Source of the DNA: the human T2T-CHM13v2.0 reference genome, Homo sapiens
Length of the DNA: 64,000 bases
Strand: one strand, 5' to 3'
Assembly: GCF_009914755.1 (NCBI RefSeq)
Contig: NC_060942.1
The translations under genes were made by a program, and so were the position numbers. Numbering within the stretch: position 1 is the first letter of the stretch; every line of letters starts with the position of its first letter. Of the stretch, positions 40,601-53,600 are shown in pieces. A model generated the notes under the pieces. The model searched no databases, was not told the origin of the DNA, and saw only the letters and a list, made by a program, of their open reading frames with translations.

Positions 40601-43600
40601 TGTGATGTATGTCCTCAACTAACGGAGTTGAACCTTTCTTTTGATACAGCAGTTTGGAAACACTCTTCTTGTAGAATCTGCAAGTGGATATTTGGATAAC
40701 TTTGAAGATTTCGTTGGAAACGGGAATATCTTCATGTAAAATCGAGACAGAAGCATTCTCAGAAACAGCTTTGTGATGTCTGCATTAACGTCACAGAGTT
40801 GAACATTCGCTTTCATAGAGCAGGTTTGAAACACTCTTTCTGCAGTATCTGGATGTGGACACTTGGAGCGCTTTGACGCTTACGGTGCAAAAGGAAATAT
40901 CTTCCCATAAAAACTAGACAGAAGCATTCTCACAAACTGGTTTGTGATGTGAGTCCTCAGCTAACAGAGTTGAACCTTTCTATTTACAGAGCTGTTTTGA
41001 AAGACTCTATTGGAGAATCTGCAAGTGGATATTTGGAAAGCTTTAAGGATTTCATTGGAAACCGGAATATCTTCAGGTAAAATCTCGACAAGGGCATTCT
41101 CAGAAACTTCTTTGTGATGTGTGTCCTCAAGTAACAGAGTACAACCTGTCTTTTGATACAGCAGTTTGGAAACACTCTTTCTGTAGAATCTACAAGTGGA
41201 TATTTGGATAGCTCAAGCTATTTCGTTGGAAACGGGAATAGCTTCATATAAACTCTAGACAGAAGCACTCTCAGAAACTACTTTGTGATATCTGTATTCA
41301 AGTCACAGAGTTGAATATTCCCTTTCTTAGAGCAGGTTTGAAACCGTCTTTTCGTGGAATCTGCAGGAGGATATTTGGATAGCTTTGGGGATTTCGTCGG
41401 AAACGGGATTACATATACAAAGCAGACAGCAGCATTCTCAGAAGCTGCTTTGTGATGTTTGCTTTTAAGTCACAGAGTTGAACATTCCCTTTCAGAGAGC
41501 AGGTTTCAAACACTCTTTCTGTAGTATCTGGAAGAGGACATTTCGAGCGCTTTCAGGCCTATGGTGAACTAGGAAATATCTTCCCATACAAACTTGACAG
41601 AAGCATTCTCACAAACTGGTTTGGGATGTATGTCCTCAGCTAACAGAGTACAACCTGTCTTTTGATACAGCAGTATTGAAACACTCTTTCTGTAGAATCT
41701 GCAAGTGGATATTTGGATAGCTCTAACGATTTCGTTGGAAACGGGAATACTTTAGTATAAAATCTACACACAGGCACTCTCAGAAACTGCTCTGTGATAT
41801 GTGCATTCAAGTCACAGAGTTGAACATTCCCTTTATTAGAGCAGGTTTGAAACACTGTTTTTGTAGTATCTGGAAGTGGACATTTGGAGCGCTTTGACGC
41901 CTTTGCTGAAAAAGGAAATATCTTCTCTTCAAAACTAGACAGAAGCATTCCCAGAAACTTCTTTGTGATGTGTGCCCTCAACTAACAGAGTTCAACCTCT
42001 CTTATGATACAGAAGTTTGGAAACACTCTTTTTGTAGTATATGCAAGGGGATATTTGGATAGCTCGAAGTATTTCGTTGGAAACGGGAATATCTTCATAT
42101 AAAATCTAGACAGAAGCACTCTCAGAAACTACTTTGTGCTATCTGCATTCAAGTCACAGAGTTGAATATTCCCTTTCTTAGAGCAGGTTTGAAACCGTCT
42201 TTTCGTGGAATCTGCAGGACGATATTTGGATAGCTTTGGGGATTTCGTCGGAAACGGGATTACATATACAAAGCAGACAGCAGCATTCTCAGAAGCTGCT
42301 TTGTGATGTTTGCTTTTAAGTCACAGAGTTGAACATTCCCTTTCAGAGAGCAGGATTCAAACACTCTTTCTGTAGTATCTGGAAGAGGACATTTCGAGCG
42401 CTTTCAGGCCTATGGTGAACAAGGAAATATCTTCCCATACAAACTTGACAGAAGCATTCTCACAAACTGGTTTGGGATGTATGTCCTCAGCTAACAGAGT
42501 ACAACCTGTCTGTTGATACAGCAGTATTGCAACACACTTTCTGTAGAATCTGCAAGTGGATATTTGGATAGCTCTAACGATTTCGTTGGAAACGAGAATA
42601 CTTTAGTATAAAATCTAGACACAGGCACTCTCAGAAACTGCTCTGTGATATGTGCATTCAAGTCACAGAGTTGAACATTCCCTTTATTAGAGCAGGTTTG
42701 AAACACTCTTTTTGTAGTATCTGGAAGTGGACATTTGGAGCGCTTTGACGACTTTGCTGAAAAAGGAAATATCTTCTCTTCAAAACTAGACAGAAACATT
42801 CCCAGAAACTTCTTTGTGATGTGTGTCCTCAACTAACAGAGTTCAACCTCTCTTATGATACAGAAGTTTGGAAACACTCTTTCTGTAGAACATGCAAGGG
42901 GATATTTGGATAGCTCGAAGAATTTCGTTGGAAACGGGAATAACTTCATATAAAATCTAGACAGAAGCACTCTCAGAAACTACTTTGTGATAACTGCATT
43001 CAAGTCACAGTTGAATATTCCGTTTCTGAGAGCAGGTTTGAAACCGTCTTTTCTTGGAATCTGCAGGTGGATATTTGGATAGCTTTCAGGATTTCGTTGG
43101 AAATGGGATTCCATATTCAAAGTAGACAGTAGCATTCTCAGAAGCTTCTCTGTGATGTTTGACTTTAAGTCACAGAGTTGAACATTCCCTTCATAGAGGA
43201 GGTTTGAAACACTCTATCTGTAGCATCTGGAAGTGGACATTTGGAGCGCTTTCAGGCCTATGGTGAAAAAGGAAATATCTTCCCATAAAAACTAGACAGA
43301 AGCATTCTCAGAAACTTATTTGTGATGTGTGTTTTCAACTAACAGAGTTGAACCTTTCTTTTGATACAGCAGTTTGGAAACACACTTTCTGTAGAATCTG
43401 CAAGGAGATATTTGGATAACTTTGAAGATTTCGTTGGAAGCGGGAATATCTTCATGTAAAATCGAGACAGAAGCATTCTCAGAAACTGCTTTGTGATGTC
43501 TGCATTCCCGTCACAGAGTTGAACATTCGCTTTCATAGAGCAGGTTTGAAAGACTCTTTCTGTAGTATCTGGATGTGGACACTTGGAGCGCTTTGACGCT

Positions 43601-44603
43601 TACGGTGAAAAAGGAAATATCTTCCCATAAAAACTAGACAGAAGCATTCTCACAAACTGGTTTGTGATGTATGTCCTCAACTAACAGAGTTGAACCTTTC
43701 TATTTACAGAGCAGTTTTGAAAGACTCTATTGGAGAATCTGCAAGTGCATATTTGGAAAGCTTTAAGGATTTCATTGGAAACCGGAATATCTTCAGGTAA
43801 AATCTCCACAAGGGCATTCTCAGAAACTTGTTTGTGTTGTGTGTCCTCAAGTAACAGAGTACAACCTGTCTTTTGATACAGCAGTTTGGAAACACTCTTT
43901 ATGTAGAATCTGCAAGTGGATAGTTGGATAGCTCAAGCTATTTCGTTGGAAAGGGGAATATGTTCATATAAACTCTAGACAGAAGCACTCTCAGAAACTA
44001 CTTTGTGATATCTGTATTCAAGTCACAGAGTTGAATATTCCCTTTCTTAGAGCAGGTTTGAAACCGTCTTTTTGTGGAATCTGCAGGAGGATATTTGGAT
44101 AGCTTTGAGGATTTCGTTGGAAATGGGATTACATGTACAAAGTAGACAGCAGCATTCTCAGAAGCTGCTGTGTGATGTTTGCTTTTAAGTCACAGAGTTG
44201 AATATTGCCTTTCATAGAGCAGGTTTCCAACACTCTTTCTGTAGTATCTGGAAGAGGACATTTCGAGCGCTTTCAGCCCTATGGTGTACAAGGAAATATC
44301 TTCCCATAAAAACTTGACAGAAGCATTCTCACAAACTGGTTTGGGATGTATGTCCTCAGCTAACAGAGTACAACCTGTCTTTTGATACAGCAGTATTGAA
44401 ACACTCTTTCTGTAGAATCTGCAAGTGGATATTTGGATAGCTCTAACGATTTCGTTGGAAAGGGTAATATTTAATATAAAATCTAGACAGAGGCACTCTC
44501 AGAAACTGCTTTGTGATATGTGCATTCAAGTCACAGAGTTGAACATTCCCTTTATTAGAGCAGGTTTGAAACACTCTTTTTGTAGTATCTGGAAGTGGAC
44601 ATT
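22675..44603 (+). repeat. Large tandem duplication, copy 2
   Basis: Shares the 3 bp deletion (10801/33088), ggacaatcgg (8361/30648), the 16-mer pair and the A-to-B haplotype switch with copy 1. Confidence 0.88.
38202..43644 (+). repeat. Duplicate pair of 16-mer HOR variants (2723 and 2720 bp)
   Basis: M1 starts at 38202, 40925 and 43645, exactly 22,287 bp from the first pair. Confidence 0.92.
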
Positions 44604-47600
44604 TGGAGCGCTTTGACGCCTTTGGTGAAAAAGGAAATATCTTCCCATAAAAACTAGACAGAAGCATTCTCAGAAACTTCTTTGTGATGTGTGCCCTCAA
44701 CTAACAGAGTTCAACCTCTCTTATGATACAGAAGTTTGGAAACACTCTTTCTGTAAAACATGCAAGGGGATATTTGGATAGCTCGAAGAATTTCGTTGGA
44801 AACGGGAATACCTTCATATAAAATCTAGACAGAAGCACTCTCAGAAACTACTTTGTGATAACTGCATTCAAGTCACAGTTGAATATTCCCTTTCTGAGAG
44901 CAGGTTTGAAACCGTCTTTTCTTGGAATCTGCAGGTGGATATTTGGATAGCTTTCAGGATTTCGTTGGAAACGGGATTCCATATACAAAGTAGACAGTAG
45001 CATTCTCAGAAGCTTCTCTGTGATGTTTGCCTTTAAGTCACAGAGTTGGACATTCCCTTCATAGAGGAGGTTTGAAACACTCTATCTGTAGCATCTGGAA
45101 GTGGACATTTGGAGCGCTTTCAGGCCTATGGTGAAAAAGGAAATATCTTCCCATAAAAACTAAACAGAAGCCTTCGCAGAAACTTGTTTGTGATGTGTGT
45201 CCTCAACTCACAGAGTTGAACATTTCGTTTGACAGAGGAGTTTGGAAACACACTTTTTGTAGAATCTGCAAGGGGATATTTGATAACTTTGCAGATTTCG
45301 TTGGAAGCGGGAATATCTTCATGTAAAATCGAGACAGAAGCATTCTCAGAAACTGCTTTGTGATGTCTGCATTCACGTCACAGAGTTGAACATTCGCTTT
45401 CATAGAGCAGGTTTGAAAGACTCTTTTTGTAGTATCTGGATGTGGACACTTGGAGCGCTTTGACGCTTACGATGAAAAAGGAAATATCTTCCCATAAAAA
45501 CTAGACAAAAGCATTCTCAAAAACTGGTTTGTGATGTATGTCCTCAACTAACAGTGTTGAACCTTTCTATTTACAGAGCTGTTTTGAAAGACTCAATTGG
45601 AGAATCTGCAAGTGGATATTTGGAAAGCTTTAAGGATTTCATTGGAAACCGGAATATCTTCAGGTAAAATCTAGACAGAGGCCTTCTCAGAAACTACTTT
45701 GTGATGTGTGTCCTCAAGTAACAGAGTACAACCTGTCTTTCGATACAGCAGTTTGGAAACACTCTTTCTGTAGAATCTGCAAGTGGATAGTTGGATAGCT
45801 CAAGCTATTTCGTTGGAAACGGGAATAGCTTCATATAAACTCTAGACAGAAGCACTCTCAGAAACTACTTTGTGATATCTGTATTCAAGTCACAGAGTTG
45901 AATATTCCCTTTCTTAGAGCAGGTTTGAAACCGTCTTTTCGTGGAATCTGCAGGAGGATATTTGGATAGCTTTGAGGATTTCGTTGGAAAAGGGATTACA
46001 TGTACAAAGTAGATAGCAGCATTCTCAGAAGCTGCTGTGTGATGTTTGCTTTTAAGTCACAGAGTTGAACATTCCCTTTCATAGAGCAGGTTTCAAACAC
46101 TCTTTCTGTAGTATCTGGAAGAGGACATTTCGAGCGCTTTTAGGCCTATGGTGAACAAGGAAATATCTTCCCATAAAAACTTGACAGAAGCATTCTCACA
46201 AACTGGTTTGGGATGTATGTCCTCAGCTAACAGAGTACAACCTGTCTTTTGATACAGCAGTATTGAAACACTCTTTCTGTAGAATCTGCAAGTGGATATT
46301 TGGATAGCTCTAACGATTTCGTTGGAAACGGGAATACTTTAGTATAAAATCTAGACAGAGGCACTCTCAGAAACTGCTTTGTGATATGTGCATTCAAGTC
46401 ACACAGTTGAACATTCCCTTTATTGGAGCAGGTTTGAAACACTCTTTTTGTAGTATCTGGAAGTGGACATTTGGAGCGCTTTGACGCCTTTGGTGAAAAA
46501 GGAAATATCTTCCCATAAAAACTAGACAGAAGCATTCTCAGAAACTTCTTTGTGATGTGTGTCCTCAACTAACAGAGTTCAACCTCTCTTATGATACAGA
46601 AGTTTGGAAACACTCTTTCTGTAGAACATGCAAGGGGATATTTGGATAGCTCGAAGAATTTCCTTGGAAAGGGGAATACCTTCATATAAAATCTAGACAG
46701 AAGCACTCTCAGAAACTACTTTTTGATTACTGCATTCAAGTCAGAGTTGAATATTCCCTTTCTGAGAGCAGGTTTGAAACCGTCTTTTCTTGGAATCTGC
46801 AGGTGGATATTTAGATAGCTTTCAGGATTTCGTTGGAAACGGGATTCCATATACAAGGTAGACCGTAGCATTCTCAGAATCTTCTCTGTGATGTTTGCCT
46901 TTAAGTCACAGAGTTGAACATTCCCTTTCATAGAGCAGGTTTGAAACACTCTATCTGTAGCATCTGGAAGTGGACATTTCGAGTGCTTTCAGGCCTATGG
47001 TGAACAAGGAAATATCTTCCCATAGAAAATTGACAGAAGCATTCTCACAAACTGTTTTGGGATGTATGTCCTCAGCTAACAGAGTACAACCCGTCTTTTG
47101 ATACAGCAGTTTGGAAACACACATTTTGTAGAATCTGCAAGGGGATATTTGGATAACTTTGAAGATTTCGTTGGAAGCAGGAATATCTTCATGTAAAATC
47201 GAGAAAGAAGCATTCTCAGAAACTGCTTTGTGATGTCTGCATTCACGTCACAGAGTTGAACATTCGCTTTCATAGAGCAGGTTTGAAAGACTCTTTCTGT
47301 AGTATCTGGATGTGGACACTTGGAGCGCTTTGACGCTTACGATGAAAAAGGAAATATCTTCCCATAAAAACTAGACAGAAGCATTCTCACAAACTGGTTT
47401 GTGATGTATGTCCTCAACTAACAGAGTTGAACCTTTCTATTTACAGAGCAGTTTTGAAAGACTCAATTGGAGAATCTGCAAGTGGATATTTGGAAAGCTT
47501 TAAGGATTTCCTTGGAAACCGGAATATCTTCAGGTAAACTCTAGACAGAGGCATTCTCAGAAACTTCTTTGTGATGTGTGTCCTCAAGTAACAGAGTACA

Positions 47601-50600
47601 ACCTGTCTTTTGATACAGCAGTTTGGAAACACTCTTTCTGTAGAATCTGCAAGTGGATAGTTGGATAGCTCAAGCTGTTTCATTGGAAAGGGGAATATCT
47701 TCATATAAACTCTAGAGAGAAGCACTCTCAGAAACTACTTTGTGATATCTGTATTCAAGTCACAGAGTTGAATATTCCCTTTCTTACAGCAGGTTTGAAA
47801 CCGTCTTTTCGTGGAATCTGCAGGAGGATATTTGGATAGCTTTGAGGATTTCGTTGGAAACGGGATTACATGTACAAAGTAGACAGCATCATTCTCAGAA
47901 GCTGCTGTGTGATGTTTGCTTTTAAGTCACAGAGTTGAACATTCCCTTTCATAGAGCAGGTTTCCAACACTCTTTCTGTAGTATCTGGAAGAGGACATTT
48001 CGAGCGCTTTCAGGCCTATGGTGAACAAGGGATTATCTTCCCATAAAACTTGACAGAAGCATTCCCACAAACTGGTTTGGGATGTATGTCCTCAGCTAAC
48101 AGAGTACAACCTGTCTTTTGATACAGCAGTATTGAAACACTCTTTCTGTAGAATCTGCAAGTGGATATTTGGATAGCTCTAACGATTTCGTTGGAAACGG
48201 GAATACTTTAATATAAAATCTAGACAGAGGCACTCTCAGAAACTGCTTTGTGATATGTGCATTCAAGTCACAGAGTTGAACATTCCCTTTATTGGAGCAG
48301 GTTTGAAACACTCTTTTTGTAGTATCTGGAAGTGGACATTTGGAGCGCTTTGACGCCTTTGGTGAAAAAGGAAATATCTTCCCATAAAAACTAGACAGAA
48401 GCATTCTCAGAAACTTCTTTGTGATGTGTGTCCTCAACTAACAGAGTTCAAGCTCTCTTATGATACAGAAGTTTGGAAACACTCTTTCTGTAGAACATGC
48501 AAGGGATATTTGGATAGCTCGAAGAATTTCGTTGGAAACGGGAATACCTTCATATAAAATCTAGACAGAAGCACTCTCAGAAACTACTTTGTGATAACTG
48601 CATTCAAGTCACAGTTGAATATTCCCTTTCTGAGAGCAGGTTTGAAACCGTCTTTTCTTGGAATCTGCAGGTGGATATTTGGATAGCTTTCAGGATTTCG
48701 TTGGAAAGGGGATTCCATATACAAAGTAGACAGTAGCATTCTCAGAAGCTTCTGTGTGATGTTTGCCTTTAAGTCACAGAGTTGAACATTCCCTTTCATA
48801 GAGCAGGTTTGAAACACTCTATCTGTAGCATCTGGAAGTGGACATTTGGAGCACTTTCAGGCCTATGGTGAAAAAGGAAATATCTTCCCATAAAAACTAG
48901 ACAGAAGCATTCTCAGAAACTTATTTGTGATGTGTGTCCTCAACTAACAGAGTTGAACCTTTCTTTTGATACAGCAGTTTGGAAACACACATTTTGTAGA
49001 ATCTGCAAGGGGATATTTGGATAACTTTGAAGATTTCGTTGGAAGCAGGAATATCTTCATGTAAAATCGAGAAAGAAGCATTCTCAGAAACTGCTTTGTG
49101 ATGTCTGCATTCACGTCACAGAGTTGAACATTCGCTTTCATAGAGCAGGTTTGAAAGACTCTTTCTGTAGTATCTGGATGTGCACACTTGGAGCGCTTTG
49201 ACGCTTACGATGAAAAAGGAAATATCTTCCCATAAAAACTAGACAGAAGCATTCTCACAAACTGGTTTGTGATGTATGTCCTCAACTAACGGAGTTGAAC
49301 CTTTCTATTTACAGAGCAGTTTTGAAAGACTCAATTGGAGAATCTGCAAGTGGATATTTGGAAAGCTTTAAGGATTTCCTTGGAAACCGGAATATCTTCA
49401 GGTAAAATCTAGACAGAGGCATTCTCAGAAACTTCTTTGTGATGTGTGTCCTCAAGTAACAGAGTACAACCTGTCTTTTGATACAGCAGTTTGGAAACAC
49501 TCTTTCTGTAGAATCTGCAAGTGGATAGTTGGATAGCTCAAGCTATTTCGTTGGAAAGGGGAATATCTTCATATAAACTCTAGAGAGAAGCACTCTCAGA
49601 AACTACTTTGTGATATCTGTATTCAAGTCACAGAGTTGAATATTCCCTTTCTTAGAGCAGGTTTGAAACCGTCTTTTCGTGGAATCTGCAGGAGGATATT
49701 TGGATAGCTTTGAGGATTTCGTTGGAAACGGGATTACATGTACAAAGTAGACAGCATCATACTCAGAAGCTGCTGTGTGATGTTTGCTTTTAACTCACAG
49801 AGTTGAACATTCCCTTTCATAGAGCAGGTTTCCAACACTCTTTCTGTAGTATCTGGAAGAGGACATTTCGAACGCTTTCAGGCCTATGGTGAACAAGGGA
49901 ATATCTTCCCATAAAAACTTGACAGAAGCATTCCCACAAACTGGTTTGGGATGTATGTCCTCAGCTAACAGAGTACAACCTGTCTTTTGATAGAGCAGTA
50001 TTGAAACACTCTTTCTGTAGAATCTGCAAGTGGATATTTGGATAGCTCTAACGATTTCGTTGGAAACGGGAATACTTTAATATAAAATCTAGACAGAGGC
50101 ACTCTCAGAAACTGCTTTGTGATATGTGCATTCAAGTCACAGAGTTGAACATTCCCTTTATTGGAGCAGGTTTGAAACACTCTTTTTGTAGTATCTGGAA
50201 GTGGACATTTGGAGCGCTTTGACGCCTTTGGTGAAAAAGGAAATATCTTCCCATAAAAACTAGACAGAAGCATTCTCAGAAACTTCTTTGTGATGTGTGT
50301 CCTCAGCTAACAGAGTTCAACCTCTCTTATGATACAGAAGTTTGGAAACACTCTTTCTGTAGGACATGCAAGGGGATATTTGGATAGCTCGAAGAATTTC
50401 GTTGGAAACGGGAATAACTTCATATAAAATCTAGACAGAAGCACTCTCAGAAACTACTTTGTGATAACTGCATTCAAGTCAGAGTTGAATATTCGTTTAT
50501 GAGAGCAGGTTTGAAACCGTCTTTTCTTGGAATCTGCAGGAGGATATTTGGATAGCTTTCAGGATTTCGTTGGAAACGGGATTCCATATACAAAGTAGAC

Positions 50601-53600
50601 AGTAGCATTCTCAGAAGCTTCTCTGTGATGTTTGCCTTTAAGTCACAGAGTTGAACATTCCCTTTCATAGAGCAGGTTTGAAACACTCTATCTGTAGCAT
50701 CTGGAAGTGGACATTTCGAGCGCTTTCAGGCCTATGGTGAATAAGGAAATATCTTCCCATAAAAACTAGACAGAAGCATTCTCAGACTTATTTCTGATGT
50801 GTGTCCTCAACTAACAGAGTTGAACCTTTCTTTTGATACAGCTGTTTGGAAACACACTTTTTGTAGAATCTGCAAGGGGATATTTGGATAACTTTGAAGC
50901 TTTCGTTGGAAACGGGAATATCTTCATGTAAAATCGAGACAGAAGCATTCTCAGAAACTGCTTTGTGATGTCTGCATTCACGTCACAGAGTTGAACATTC
51001 GCTTTCATAGAGCAGGTTTGAAAGACTCTTTCTGTAGTATCTGGATGTGGACACTTGGAGCACTTTGACGCTTACGGTGAAAAAGGAAATATCTTCCCAT
51101 AAAAACTAGACAGAAGCATTCTCACAAACTGGTTTGTGATGTATGTCCTCAACTAACAGAGTTGAACCTTTCTATTTACAGAGCAGTTTTGAAAGACTCA
51201 ATTGGAGAATCTGCAAGTGGATATTTGGAAAGCTTTAAGGATTTCTTTGGAAACCGGAATATCTTCAGGTAAAATCTAGACAGAGGCATTCTCAGAAACT
51301 TCTTTGTGATGTGTGTCCTCAAGTAACAGAGTACAACCTGTCTTTTGATACAGCAGTTTGGAAACACTCTTTCTGTAGGATCTGCAAGTGGATAGTTGGA
51401 TAGCTCAAGCTATTTCGTTGGAAACGGGAATATCTTCATATAAACTCTAGACAGAAGCACTCTCAGAAACTACTTTGTGATATCTGTATTCAAGTCACAG
51501 AGTTGAATATTCCCTTTCTTACAGCAGGTTTGAAACCGTGTTTTCGTGGAATCTGCAGGAGGATATTTGGATAGATTTGAGGATTTCTTTGGAAACGGGA
51601 TTACATGTACAAAGTAGACAGCAGCATTCTCAGAAGCTGCTGTGTGATGTTTGCTTTTAAGTCACAGAGTTGAACATTCCCTTTCATAGAGCAGGTTTCA
51701 AACACTCTTTCTGTAGTATCTGGAAGAGGACATTTCGAGCGCTTTGACGCTTTCGGTGAAAAAGGAAATATCTTCCCATAAAAACTTGACAGAAGCATTC
51801 TCACAAACTGGTTTGGGATGTATGTCCTCAGCTAACAGAGTACAACCTGTCTTTTGATACAGCAGTATTGAAAGACTCTTTCTGTAGAATCTGCAAGTGG
51901 ATATTTGGATAGCTCTAACGATTTCTTTGGAAACGGGAATAACTTAATGCAAAATCTAGACAGAGGCACTCTCAGAAACTGCTTTGTGATATGTGCATTC
52001 AAGTCACAGAGTTGAACATTCCCTTTATTGGAGCAGGTTTGAAACCCTCTTTTTGTAGTATCTGGAAGTGGTCATTTGGAGCGCTTTGACGCCTTTGGTG
52101 AAAAAGGAAATATCTTCCCATAAAAACTAGACAGAAGCATTCTCAGAAACTTCTTTGTGATGTGTTTCCTCAACTAACAGAGTTCAACCTCTCTTATGAT
52201 ACAGAAGTTTGGAAACACTCTTTCTGTAGAACATGCAAGGGGATATTTGGATAGCCTGAAGAATTTCGTTGGAAACGGGAATACCTTCATATAAAATCTA
52301 GACAGAAGCACTCTCCGAAACTACTTTGTGATAACTGCATTCAAGTCAGAGTTGAATATTCCCTTTCTGAGAGCAGGTTTGAAACCGTCTTTTCTTGGAA
52401 TCTGCAGGTGGATATTTGGATAGCTTTCAGGATTTCGTTGGAAACGGGATTCCATATACAAAGTAGACAGTAGCAGTCTCAGAAGCTTCTCTGTGATGTT
52501 TGCCTTTAAGTCACAGAGTTGAGCATTCCCTTTCATAGAGCAGGTTTGAAACACCCTATCTGTAGCATCTGGAAGTGGACATTTCGAGCGCTTTCAGGCC
52601 TATGGTGAAAAAGGAAATATCTTCCCATAAAAACTAGACAGAAGCATTCTCAGAAACTTATTTGTGATGTGTGTCCTCAACTAACAGAGTTGAACCTTTC
52701 TTTTGATACAGCAGTTTGGAAACACACTTTTTGTAGAATCTACAAGGGGATATTTGGATAACTTTGAAGATTTCGTTGGAAGCGGGAATATCTTCATGTA
52801 AAATTGAGACAGAAGCTTTCTCAGAAACTGCTTTGTGATGTCTGCATTCAGGTCACCGAGTTGAACATTCGCTTTCATAGAGCAGGTTTGAGAGACTCTT
52901 TCTGTAGTATCTGGATGTGGACACTTGGAGCGCTTTGACGCTTACGGTGAAAAAGGAAATATCTTCCCATAAAAACTAGACAGAAGCATTCTCACAAACT
53001 GGTTTGTGATGTATGTCCTCAACTAACAGAGTTGAAACTTTCTATTTACAGAGCAGTTTTGAAAGACTCAATTGGAGAATCTGTAAGTGGATATTTGGAA
53101 AGCTTTAAGGATTTCATTGGAAACCGGAATATCTTCAGATAATATCTACACAGAGGCCTTCTCAGAAACTTGTTTGTGATGTCTGTCCTCAAGTAACACA
53201 GTACAACCTGTCTTTTGATACAGCAGTTTGGAAACACTCTTTCTGTAGAATCTGCAAGTGGATATTTGGATAGCTCTAACGATTTCTTTGGAAACGGGAA
53301 TAACTTAATGCAAAATCTAGACAGAGGCACTCTCAGAAACTGCTTTGTGATATGTGCATTCAAGTCACAGAGTTGAACATTCCCTTTATTGGAGCAGGTT
53401 TGAAACCCTCTTTTTGTAGTATCTGGAAGTGGACATTTGGAGCGCTTTGACGCCTTTGGTGAAAAAGGAAATATCTTCCCATAAAAACTAGACAGAAGCA
53501 TTCTCAGAAACTTCTTTGTGATGTGTTTCCTCAACTAACAGAGTTCAACCTCTCTTATGATACAGAAGTTTGGAAACACTCTTTCTGTAGAACATGCAAG

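Noticed and set aside
22675-44603. 22 kb duplication as a pure assembly artefact
   Set aside because: The copies differ by scattered SNVs and by whole-HOR indels, and the junction contains a distinct patch. Without reads an artefact cannot be fully excluded.
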